Assembly (NCBI GenBank): GCA_029210645.1
Contig: JARGFT010000006.1
Span: 25,061 to 89,060, forward strand
DNA: 64,000 nucleotides
Direction of reading: 5' to 3'
DNA from: Anaerosomatales bacterium
Lineage (GTDB): Bacteria > Actinomycetota > Coriobacteriia > Anaerosomatales > SLCP01
The position numbers were made by a program, and so were the translations under genes. The number at the start of each line of letters is the position of its first letter. Position 1 is the stretch's first letter. A model generated the notes under the pieces. It was not told the origin of the DNA. It did not search any database and worked only from the letters and a program-made list of their open reading frames with translations. Of this stretch, positions 1 to 8,302 are shown in pieces.

Positions 1-782
1 TCTCGATCGCCGGGGGCACCGTGATCACGGCGGACTTCCACCCGCTCGTGTTCCAGACCGCCTGGTCCAACAGCCTCGTCGTGCCCTTCACGCTTCGGTA
101 TCTCGAGGGCAAGGGCGTGAGCAAGGTCGCGATCATCGCCGATTCGGGCGGCTTCGGTGCAGACGGTGCAGCCGTCATCAAGGATGTCATCGGCACCACC
201 TCGCTTGAGCTGGTCGCCGAGGAGGCATTCAACCCCGGTGATGCGGACATGACGGGCCAGCTCACCAAGATCAAGTCGTCGGGTGCGGAGGCGGTCCTCA
301 TGTGGAACGCCGGGCGCGAGGCTGCCACGGTGGCCAAGAACATGGCCGCCCTCGACATCGGGATCCCTCTCATCGGAAGCCACGGTAACGCGCGCGTCGA
401 GTTCATCGACGGTGCGGGGGACGCCGCGGAGGACTTCGTCTTTGCGGCGGGCAAAGTTCTCGTGCCGGAGGCCTATGCGCCCGGTTCGGACGAGCAGGTC
501 GTCGCCACCGACTTCATCGAGCGCTACACGGAGCGCTACGGCGTGGCGCCGGACACCTTCGCCGGCCATGCCTACGATGGGTTGTACCTCGTCGTCGAGG
601 CGATGAAGCGTCTGCCCGAGGAGTTCACCGCAGAGGAACTGCGAGATGAGATCGAGAGCACGAATGGGTTCGTCGGCATCGGCGGGGTGTTCACCTTCTC
701 GCCGACCGACCACAACGGTCTGAGCGACGACGACCTGGTGATGTACCGGGTGTCCGGTGGAGTCTGGACGCTTGAGAAGTAG
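1..782 (+). CDS. ABC transporter substrate-binding protein, Leu/Ile/Val-binding (LivJ/K) family; 5' end cut by window edge
   Basis: The frame of ORF 21..782 stays open back to nt 3 (SIAGGTVITADF...). It aligns colinearly with the downstream paralog 820..2010 (shared FAGHAYDG, AMKRLPE, PTDHNGLS blocks). Confidence 0.85.
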   Translation, partial: SIAGGTVITADFHPLVFQTAWSNSLVVPFTLRYLEGKGVSKVAIIADSGGFGADGAAVIKDVIGTTSLELVAEEAFNPGDADMTGQLTKIKSSGAEAVLMWNAGREAATVAKNMAALDIGIPLIGSHGNARVEFIDGAGDAAEDFVFAAGKVLVPEAYAPGSDEQVVATDFIERYTERYGVAPDTFAGHAYDGLYLVVEAMKRLPEEFTAEELRDEIESTNGFVGIGGVFTFSPTDHNGLSDDDLVMYRVSGGVWTLEK

Positions 783-819
783 ACAAAGACACGCTGCACT
801 GATGCGGGGGGTGTGAGGC

Positions 820-2010
820 ATGAGACGGGTCATGCTCGGCGTACTTCTGACAGGAGCCCTGTTCGCCATGTCGCTCGGAGGATGCGCTGGCGAACCTGAT
901 GAAGGCGGCGAGGCGGCCGGCGATACCTACCGCATCGGCGCGGTGCTCTCTCTCTCCGGGCCCCAGGCGGGGCTCGGAGAGCCCGAGCGCCGTGCCATCG
1001 AGATGGAAGTCGAGCGCATCAACGAGAAGGGTGGCGTCCACGGGCGCCCTGTCGAGGTGCTGTTCGAGGACGATGCAACCGACGAGGCGAAGGCCGTGAC
1101 GGCGGCAAGCCGCCTGATCGAGCAAGAGGGCGTGATCGCGCTGATCGCCGCGTCGGGCACCGGCCAGACCATGGCCGTGCGCCAGGAGGTGGAGCGCGCC
1201 GGGATACCGCAGATGTCGCTTGCCGGCGGTTCGGTGGTGACCGCGCAGTTCAGCGAGTGGGTCTTCCAGACCCCGTGGCCCAACCGGATCGTCGTGCCGT
1301 TCACGCTGGGCTATCTGCGCGACAGTGGCGTGACGCGGCTCGGCCTGCTCATCGACTCCGGCGCGTACGGTAAGGACGGCTACGACGTGATCATGGCTGA
1401 GGTCGACCGCTTCGGCATCGAGATCGTTGCCGACGAGCAGTTCAACCGCGGCGACACGGACATGACGCCGCAGATCACCAAGATCAGGGCCGCCGGTCCC
1501 GACGCGCTGCTCATGTGGGCCGCGGGTGCGGAGGCCGCGACGGTGCTGAAGAACAACGCTGCGCTCGGCGGAGACTCGCCGCTGTCGGTGTACGGCGGAC
1601 CGGGCAACGGGCGCATCGAACTCATCCAGGGAGCAGGGGACGCAGCGGAGGGCTTCACCTTCTCGGCAGGTAAGATCCTCGTGCCTGAAGCCTATGGCGT
1701 GGGCAGTGACGAGTACGAGGTGACCACGAGCTTCATCGACAGGTTCACCGAGCGGTTCGGTGTCGGTCCGGACATCTTCGCCGGTCATGCATACGACGGG
1801 ATTTACCTGATCGTCGATGCGATGAAGCGGCTACCCGAAGGGTTCACACCCGAGGATCTGCGCGATGAGATCGAGAGGACGGACGGGTTCATCGGCGCCG
1901 GCGGGACGTTCACCTTCGGCCCGACGGACCACAACGGCCTCTCGGAGGACGACCTGACGATGTACCGCATCGAGAATGGCGAGTGGGTACTCGTCGGACA
2001 GGCCCGGTAG
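820..2010 (+). CDS. ABC transporter substrate-binding lipoprotein, LivJ/K family (second tandem paralog)
   Basis: 396 aa. N-terminal signal plus lipobox MRRVMLGVLLTGALFAMSLGGC. Periplasmic-binding-protein type I sequence that is paralogous to 1..782. Confidence 0.9.
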   Translation: MRRVMLGVLLTGALFAMSLGGCAGEPDEGGEAAGDTYRIGAVLSLSGPQAGLGEPERRAIEMEVERINEKGGVHGRPVEVLFEDDATDEAKAVTAASRLIEQEGVIALIAASGTGQTMAVRQEVERAGIPQMSLAGGSVVTAQFSEWVFQTPWPNRIVVPFTLGYLRDSGVTRLGLLIDSGAYGKDGYDVIMAEVDRFGIEIVADEQFNRGDTDMTPQITKIRAAGPDALLMWAAGAEAATVLKNNAALGGDSPLSVYGGPGNGRIELIQGAGDAAEGFTFSAGKILVPEAYGVGSDEYEVTTSFIDRFTERFGVGPDIFAGHAYDGIYLIVDAMKRLPEGFTPEDLRDEIERTDGFIGAGGTFTFGPTDHNGLSEDDLTMYRIENGEWVLVGQAR

Positions 2011-2014
2011 GCAC

Positions 2015-2896
2015 GTGGGAGGTACCGAACTCCTGCAGTTCGTTCTGGCGGGCCTGAAGAACGGCTCGATATACGCGCTCGTCGCACTCGGTTTCACGCT
2101 CATCTACGCGGCAACCGGTGTCATCAACTTCGCCCAGGGCGAGTTCTACATGCTGGGCGGGATGCTCTCGGTGTGGGCATACGCGGACCTCGGCCTACCC
2201 CTGCCGCTTGCCGGACTCGTCGGGGTCGCGGCCACTGCGGCGGTCGGAGGCGTGTTCGAACTCGGCGCCATACGGCAGCGCAAGGACGGCGATCCGCTCG
2301 CGCTCATCGTCATCACGGTCGGCGGATCGATGGTGCTCTCATCGATGGCCCGCCACCTCTTCGGTCCGAACGAGCGCCCGCTCCCGCTCTTCTCGGGGGG
2401 CGGCAGTGTCTCGGTGTTCGGCGCGGTGCTCGAGGTGCAGACGATCTGGATCCTGGGCCTGACCGCACTGGCGGTCGTAGGGTTGTGGTACCTGTACAAC
2501 CGCACCGGTCTCGGTCGGGCGATGAGGGCGTGCGCGGTCAACCGCGACGCGGCGAGGATCGTCGGAATAGACACCCGTCTCATGGTGACGGTGAGCTTTC
2601 TGCTGGCGGCGGCGCTCGGCGCGCTCGCCGGCCTGGCCGTCACCCCACTCACCCAGACCGCGTTCGATGTCGGGCCCACGGTGGGCATCAAGGGGTTCGC
2701 GGCAGCCATCCTCGGCGGACTCGGGAACCCGATCGCAGCGGTGGTCGGCGGTCTCGTGCTCGGCATGCTCGAGAGCGTCTCCATCGCATTCATCTCGTCG
2801 ACCTACAAAGACGCGATCGCGCTTATCGTGCTGCTGGCGGTCCTCTTCATGCGCCCCCAGGGCATCCTGGGCCGGTCGAGCCGGGAGAAGGTCTAG
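2015..2896 (+). CDS. livH: branched-chain amino acid type ABC transporter permease LivH
   Basis: ORF 1976..2896. The LivH-like N-terminus LLQFVLAGLKNGSIYALVALGFTLIYA begins at in-frame GTG 2015, just after the upstream stop (2008-2010). Multi-TM protein. Confidence 0.88.
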   Translation: MGGTELLQFVLAGLKNGSIYALVALGFTLIYAATGVINFAQGEFYMLGGMLSVWAYADLGLPLPLAGLVGVAATAAVGGVFELGAIRQRKDGDPLALIVITVGGSMVLSSMARHLFGPNERPLPLFSGGGSVSVFGAVLEVQTIWILGLTALAVVGLWYLYNRTGLGRAMRACAVNRDAARIVGIDTRLMVTVSFLLAAALGALAGLAVTPLTQTAFDVGPTVGIKGFAAAILGGLGNPIAAVVGGLVLGMLESVSIAFISSTYKDAIALIVLLAVLFMRPQGILGRSSREKV

Positions 2897-2900
2897 GCCG

Positions 2901-3893
2901 ATGGGGGAGCGCACGATCGACATCCGGACCGTCGCTGTCCTGGCACTCGTGGGGGCCCTCGTGTTCGCGGTCCCGCTGCTGACCGCCGACCGGTACCTGC
3001 TCAAGGTCCTGACCTTCGTCGGGATCAACGTCATCATCATCACAGGGATGGCACTGCTCTTCGGGTATGCGGGGCAGGTCTCGCTCGGCCACGCCGCATT
3101 CTACGGCATCGGAGCCTACACCTCTGCCTATGTCGTGACCTCCCTCGGGTGGCCCTGGCTTGGGGGCGTGGCCCTGGCTGTGGCGGTGACCTCGGTGGGC
3201 GGACTGCTGCTCGCGCTGCCGAGCCTGCGGCTTAAGGGGCACTACCTGGCGATGGCCACGCTCGGATTCGGCGAGATCATGCGGGTGGTATTCGTCGAGG
3301 CGCGCGGTATCACGGGAGGCCCTGACGGATTCTCGGGCATCCCGTTCGCGTCGGTGGGCGGGCTTGCCATCGACTCCGCTGGCGCCAACTACTGGCTTAT
3401 CTGGGGTGTCGCGGCGGCGATGCTCGCGCTTGCGGCCAATCTCGTCCGCTCGCGCGCGGGCCGCGCGATGCGTGCCCTGCACGGCTCCGAGCTCGGCGCG
3501 CTCGCCTGCGGTATCGATCTGACCGGCCTGAAGGTCCGCGTGTTCGTGATTTCGGCGGCGCTCGCCGGGCTCGCCGGCGCGCTCTACGCGCACGTGGTCG
3601 GCTTCATCTCGCCGTCGACGTTCTCTCTGCACGCGTCCGTGGTGCTCGTGGCGATGGCGGTGCTCGGGGGGACACGGTCGCTCGCGGGCCCGGTGCTCGC
3701 CGCCGCGCTACTCACGCTCATCCCCTTCGCCGATGCCGTCATCCCGGGTCTCTCGCGCTCCGCGCTCGAGACGATCCAGGAGTGGCAGGAGGACATCTAC
3801 GGGCTGACGATCATCGCCGTGCTCCTCTTCGTGCCCGGCGGAGTGGCCGGTGCGCTTCGCCGCCTCTCCCGTGTGGGAAGGCGGTGGGGATGA
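2901..3893 (+). CDS. livM: branched-chain amino acid type ABC transporter permease LivM
   Basis: ORF 2667..3893. ATG 2901 (MGERTIDIRT...) lies 5 nt after the livH stop, and the upstream part of the ORF overlaps livH. Multi-TM LivM-like sequence. Confidence 0.88.
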   Translation: MGERTIDIRTVAVLALVGALVFAVPLLTADRYLLKVLTFVGINVIIITGMALLFGYAGQVSLGHAAFYGIGAYTSAYVVTSLGWPWLGGVALAVAVTSVGGLLLALPSLRLKGHYLAMATLGFGEIMRVVFVEARGITGGPDGFSGIPFASVGGLAIDSAGANYWLIWGVAAAMLALAANLVRSRAGRAMRALHGSELGALACGIDLTGLKVRVFVISAALAGLAGALYAHVVGFISPSTFSLHASVVLVAMAVLGGTRSLAGPVLAAALLTLIPFADAVIPGLSRSALETIQEWQEDIYGLTIIAVLLFVPGGVAGALRRLSRVGRRWG

Positions 3894-4663
3894 GCCTGCT
3901 CGAGGTGCGTTCGGTGAGCAAACAGTTCGGCGGGCTGACCGCTGTCGACGACGTGTCCTTCGACGTGTTCGAGGGAGCGATCAAGGCGGTCATCGGCCCG
4001 AACGGTGCCGGGAAGACCACGCTCTTCAACATCCTCACCGCGTTCGATCGGCCCGATGAGGGCAGGGTGAGCTTCGACGGGACCGACATCGTCGGGCAGC
4101 CGCCGCAGCGCATCGTTCGCGCGGGTATCGCTCGCACGTTCCAGAACACGCAGCTCTTCGAGGAGATGAGCACGCACGAGAACGTCATGGCGGGCGCGCA
4201 CGCGGTGACCCGGGCGGGGTTTTTCGGCGCCGCGCTGCGGCTGCCGTGGACGGTGCGCGAGGAGCGTGAGGTGGCCGAGGAAGCGAGGCGCCTCCTGCGA
4301 CTGGTCGGTCTCGAGGAGTGGGCCGACACGCCCGCAGCCGACCTACCGCACGGGTTGCGGCGGCTCCTCGAGATCGCCCGGGCGCTCGCCACCAGACCCC
4401 GGCTCCTCCTGCTCGACGAGCCCGCCGCAGGGCTCAACACCGCTGAAACGGCCTCGCTTGCCGACGCCCTCTACCGGATCCGCGACCGGGGGACGACGAT
4501 CCTCATCGTCGAGCACGACATGGGGCTCGTCATGGAGGTCTCCGATGAGATCGTGGTGCTCGACCGGGGCGCCAAGATCGCCGAGGGCCCGCCCCGGCTC
4601 ATCCAGAAGGATCCCGCCGTGATCGCGGCCTACCTCGGAGAGGAGGACCTCGATGAGCTCTGA
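3890..4663 (+). CDS. livG: ABC transporter ATP-binding protein LivG
   Basis: ATG 3890 overlaps the livM stop (ATGA). MSLLEVRSVSKQFGG, Walker A GPNGAGKTT, Walker B LLLLDEPAAG. Confidence 0.92.
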   Translation: MSLLEVRSVSKQFGGLTAVDDVSFDVFEGAIKAVIGPNGAGKTTLFNILTAFDRPDEGRVSFDGTDIVGQPPQRIVRAGIARTFQNTQLFEEMSTHENVMAGAHAVTRAGFFGAALRLPWTVREEREVAEEARRLLRLVGLEEWADTPAADLPHGLRRLLEIARALATRPRLLLLDEPAAGLNTAETASLADALYRIRDRGTTILIVEHDMGLVMEVSDEIVVLDRGAKIAEGPPRLIQKDPAVIAAYLGEEDLDEL

Positions 4664-5399
4664 GCCGAGGACCGTGCTCTCCGTCGAGGGTCTGCACGCG
4701 GGCTACGGACACGTCGCGGTGGTGCGCGGCATCGACATGCGGGTCGCCGAGGGCGAGCTCGTGACGCTCATCGGCGCGAACGGCGCGGGCAAGTCGACGC
4801 TGCTCAAGGCGCTCGTGGGGTTGGTCCCGCCGAGCGCGGGTACCGTCCGCTTCCTGGGAGAGGACATCACGCGCATGCGGCCGGAGCGCGCGGTGCGGGC
4901 GGGGCTCGCGCTGGTGCCCGAGGGGCGGATGCTCTTCGGGCCGATGAGCGTCGAGGAGAACCTCGAACTCGGCGCGCAGGTCACCGATCGCACGCAGACC
5001 GTCGGGTCGCTCGAGAGGGTGTTCGACCTGTTCCCGGTCCTCGCGGAGCGGCGCTCGCAGACCGCAGCCACGCTTTCCGGAGGGGAGCAGCAGATGCTCG
5101 CCGTGGCGCGGGCGCTGATGGCACGGCCGCGCCTTCTCCTGCTCGACGAACCGTCGCTGGGACTCGCGCCCAAGGTCATCAAGGAGATCTTCGGCGCGCT
5201 CCGGAAGTTGAAGGACGAAGGGCTCACCATCCTGCTCGTCGAGCAGGATGCACGGCTGGCCCTCAAACACTCTGACCGCGGATACGTGATGCGGACCGGC
5301 TCTATCGCTCTCGCGGGCGATGCGGCCGACCTGCTCGAAGACGACGACGTCAGGCTCATCTACCTGGGTGCCTGGCGCGGGGAAGGGGAGAGCTCGTGA
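4653..5399 (+). CDS. livF: ABC transporter ATP-binding protein LivF
   Basis: Walker A GANGAGKST, signature LSGGEQQMLAVARAL, Walker B LLLLDEPSLGL. Confidence 0.92.
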   Translation: MSSEPRTVLSVEGLHAGYGHVAVVRGIDMRVAEGELVTLIGANGAGKSTLLKALVGLVPPSAGTVRFLGEDITRMRPERAVRAGLALVPEGRMLFGPMSVEENLELGAQVTDRTQTVGSLERVFDLFPVLAERRSQTAATLSGGEQQMLAVARALMARPRLLLLDEPSLGLAPKVIKEIFGALRKLKDEGLTILLVEQDARLALKHSDRGYVMRTGSIALAGDAADLLEDDDVRLIYLGAWRGEGESS

Positions 5400-6700
5400 T
5401 CTGGAATCCCGAGTACGAGACCATGGCACGCGCGGATCTGGAAGAGCTCCAGCTCAGGCGGTTGCAGACCACTGTCGCGTGGGTGTACGAGCGGGTGCCG
5501 TACTACCGGACCGCACTGGACGAGCGCGGGGTGAAGCCCCGTGACATACGGTCGCTCGCCGACGTCGCGCAGCTGCCCTTCACCGACAAGACGGCGCTGA
5601 GGGACACCTACCCCTTCGGGCTCTTCGCCGTGCCGCTCGACCAGGTGGTACGCATCCACTCGTCTTCCGGTACGACGGGCAAGCCGATCGTGGTCGGGTA
5701 CACGAAGGGCGACATCGCCACCTGGACCGAGCTGACTGCGCGTGTGGCCTCGGCCGCGGGCGTGCGCAGCACCGATCTCGCGCAGATGGCCTTCGGCTAC
5801 GGGATGTTCACCGGCGGGTTCGGCATGCACTACGGCCTGGAGCGCATCGGCGCGACGGTCATCCCCGCAAGCGCGGGCAACACCGAGCGCCACCTCATGA
5901 TGATGCAGGACTTCGGCACGACCGTGCTCATCTCCACACCCTCCTACGCGCTCTACCTCGCCGAGGTGGGGCAGAAGCTCGGCATTGACTTCCAGACAAT
6001 GCCACTTCGACTCGGTCTCTTCGGCGCCGAGCCGTGCAGCGATGCCGCCCGCCGCGAGATCGAGGCGAACCTCTTCATCAGGGCGACGGACAACTACGGA
6101 CTGTCCGAGGTGATGGGGCCGGGAGTCTCGGGGGAGTGCGAGTGTGACTGCGGTCTGCACATCAACGAGGACCACTTCTTCGTGGAGATCGTCGACCCGG
6201 TCACGGGAGAGCCGCGAGGCGAGGGCGAGGAGGGCGAGCTCGTCATCACGCCGCTCACCAAAGAGGCGTTCCCGGTGCTGCGCTACCGCACGCACGACCT
6301 CACGGTCCTCGACCGTACGCCCTGCGAGTGCGGGCGCACGCTCGTCCGCATGAACAAGGTGCGCCAGCGGACCGACGACATGCTCATCATCCGCGGCGTC
6401 AACGTTTTTCCGAGCCAGATCGAGGACGTGCTGTTCAAGATCGAGGACGTCCGGCCGCACTACCTGATCGTCGTGGACCGCAAGCACGGACTGGACGACA
6501 TCGAGCTGCGTCTCGAAGTCGCCGAAGAGGTGTTTTCCGATATCATGGCTGACATGGTCGCGTTCACGAAGAACGTGTCCGAGCGTCTGCACTCGGTGCT
6601 GGGTCTCAACGTGAAGGTGACGCTTGTCGAACCCGGGACCATCGAGCGCACCGCCGGCAAGGCACGGCACGTGCTGGACCTGCGTGACCAAGGCTGCTAG
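5396..6700 (+). CDS. paaK: phenylacetate-CoA ligase family adenylate-forming enzyme (PaaK / coenzyme F390 synthetase-like)
   Basis: 434 aa. N-terminus MIWNPEYETMARADLEELQLRRLQTTVAWVYERVPYYR and the SSGTTGKP AMP-binding motif are typical of PaaK. GTG 5396 overlaps the livF stop (GTGA). Confidence 0.85.
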   Translation: MIWNPEYETMARADLEELQLRRLQTTVAWVYERVPYYRTALDERGVKPRDIRSLADVAQLPFTDKTALRDTYPFGLFAVPLDQVVRIHSSSGTTGKPIVVGYTKGDIATWTELTARVASAAGVRSTDLAQMAFGYGMFTGGFGMHYGLERIGATVIPASAGNTERHLMMMQDFGTTVLISTPSYALYLAEVGQKLGIDFQTMPLRLGLFGAEPCSDAARREIEANLFIRATDNYGLSEVMGPGVSGECECDCGLHINEDHFFVEIVDPVTGEPRGEGEEGELVITPLTKEAFPVLRYRTHDLTVLDRTPCECGRTLVRMNKVRQRTDDMLIIRGVNVFPSQIEDVLFKIEDVRPHYLIVVDRKHGLDDIELRLEVAEEVFSDIMADMVAFTKNVSERLHSVLGLNVKVTLVEPGTIERTAGKARHVLDLRDQGC

Positions 6701-6736
6701 TGGGAAGACTCACCGCAGCGAGAGGAGGTGTGCACC

Positions 6737-7297
6737 GTGGACCTGTCGTCGGTCCCGTCATGGGTATGGTGGATCGCCGGGGCGGTCGCGGCCCTGCTTC
6801 TCGCCGCCAGTGCATACTTCGGCGGGCGTCTGGCGTACCGGCGCCTGTCGCGCCGGTACCTGGTCCAGGTCATCGGGCGTCGTGAAGGGGTCCTCGCGTC
6901 GCGTCGCACCCTCGAGGCGGTCGTCAGGCACCTGGCCGACGAGGACGAGGAGAAGCGCGAGCGGTTCGCCTCGAACCCCGAGGACGAGGACCGTAAGGCG
7001 CTCGACGAGGTCGCGCAGCGGATGGAGATCGCCACAGAGGAGCTCGACACGATGCCGCTCCCGCGTTCGCTGTGGCCTGCCGCAATGGCGCTTGCCGACG
7101 CGGCATACGTCATTGGACAGGAAGCCGCCAGGGTAGGGGAGGCGGCCGAGGAGACCGACGCCGTCACGCTTCTTGCCGGCGTGGACGTCACCCGGGCCGC
7201 CGCGGTCTTCGACGCGGCTGACGCTCAGGTCAAGGAGGCATCCGAGCAGTTCGAGCTCGATGAGGCCGCTGTCTACGGTGGAGGGTTGTACATATGA
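6737..7297 (+). CDS. hypothetical membrane-anchored protein (one N-terminal TM helix, acidic helical cytoplasmic part)
   Basis: ORF 6728..7297. GTG 6737 sits 8 nt after a GAGGAGG Shine-Dalgarno. TM segment WVWWIAGAVAALLLAASAYF. G/C-rich third codon positions. I recognise no family. Confidence 0.6.
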   Translation: MDLSSVPSWVWWIAGAVAALLLAASAYFGGRLAYRRLSRRYLVQVIGRREGVLASRRTLEAVVRHLADEDEEKRERFASNPEDEDRKALDEVAQRMEIATEELDTMPLPRSLWPAAMALADAAYVIGQEAARVGEAAEETDAVTLLAGVDVTRAAAVFDAADAQVKEASEQFELDEAAVYGGGLYI

Positions 7298-7701
7298 TGG
7301 ATGTGGGTCGCATCGCGCGCGCCGCGCTCGGCGTCGTGGTTCTGCTCGCCCTCGTATTCCTTGTGAACACCTGGTGGGGCGATTACCGGCGCGGCGAGCC
7401 ACCGGCGGTGGTCGGCGAGACGACGACAACGCCCGAAGGAGACGCGGGAACACCCGAGGAGCCGGTGGATGATGCCGCAGACGAGGAGCCGGCGGTCAGC
7501 GAGGCCATCGTCGTCGTGCTGATTGAGGGATTGAACTTCCGGCGAGAGCCGTCGCGGGAGGGCGAACTCATCCGTGGACTGAGCCGTGGAACGCGCCTGG
7601 AGTATCTCGATACCGACGACGGCTGGCATCACGTACGTGACGATAACGGTGTCGAGGGATACGTCTCGGCCAGCGAGCAGTACACCGAAGTGCAGCGATG
7701 A
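7294..7701 (+). CDS. membrane-anchored SH3b (bacterial SH3_3) domain protein
   Basis: ATG 7294 overlaps the upstream stop (ATGA). N-terminal TM ALGVVVLLALVFLV, an acidic/proline linker, and a C-terminal SH3b-like LNFRREPSREGELIRGLSRGTRLEYLDTDDGWHHVRDDNGVEGYV. Confidence 0.7.
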   Translation: MMDVGRIARAALGVVVLLALVFLVNTWWGDYRRGEPPAVVGETTTTPEGDAGTPEEPVDDAADEEPAVSEAIVVVLIEGLNFRREPSREGELIRGLSRGTRLEYLDTDDGWHHVRDDNGVEGYVSASEQYTEVQR

Positions 7702-7734
7702 ACTGCGACCGTGACATGGCCCCTGTGATCGACC

Positions 7735-8040
7735 GTGGGTAGGATCATCGGGGCGGCATCGGAGTTCTACCGCCTCAGGCTCACGCGCTACGACGCGACC
7801 GACGAGCCGGACTTCGAGTGGCGTGACGACATCTTGTACCGCTCTCAGCCAACGGAGTCTGTCGAGGAGCGCGTTGAGTGGGCTGTCGAAGCGGTCACGC
7901 TTGACGAGAACGAGAGCGTGACCGAGTTGGGTCGTTTCGACACCGCTGACGGTGCGCATGAACTGATGGAGAGTGCCGAAGAGGACCTCCAGGAACTCAC
8001 CAAGTCCGGCTTCGAGGAGCGGTATCTCACACAAGCGTGA
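7735..8040 (+). CDS. hypothetical small acidic protein
   Basis: 101-aa ORF with a GTG start and G/C-rich third positions. No obvious SD and no recognisable family. Confidence 0.45.
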   Translation: MGRIIGAASEFYRLRLTRYDATDEPDFEWRDDILYRSQPTESVEERVEWAVEAVTLDENESVTELGRFDTADGAHELMESAEEDLQELTKSGFEERYLTQA

Positions 8041-8209
8041 GCCGATCCGCTCGACGACCGATTCTCCTCAGGACCGGCCCGATGAAGGCAGGGAAGTCGT
8101 GCTCGAGGGAACTTCTCGTCGCCACTTACCATAAGATACATTATCAGACGTACAGGTATCGAGAACGAGAGGGCCGGAGAGGGCCTCCTGAGGCCGATAC
8201 GTGAGCCGC

Positions 8210-8252
8210 GACGGGCCCCGGGTCACGCAGCCGTCGCTTCCCGGGGCCCGTC
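8210..8252. terminator. perfect 13-bp GC-rich inverted repeat between convergent genes (probable bidirectional terminator hairpin)
   Basis: gacgggccccggg (8210-8222) and cccggggcccgtc (8240-8252) are exact reverse complements with a 17-nt loop. It lies between the + gene ending at 8040 and the - gene ending at 8303. There is no clear U-tract. Confidence 0.45.
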
Positions 8253-8302
8253 CTATGCGAGACACGCTCCGCCGTGAGCGATGTCTTCAGGTGGTGTCAG
8301 CG

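Noticed and set aside
8120-8165. AT-rich patch as a promoter or sRNA gene (TGATAAT-like hexamer on the minus strand).
   Set aside because: There is no properly spaced -35, no downstream structure or terminator, and it lies between two convergent gene ends. The evidence is insufficient.
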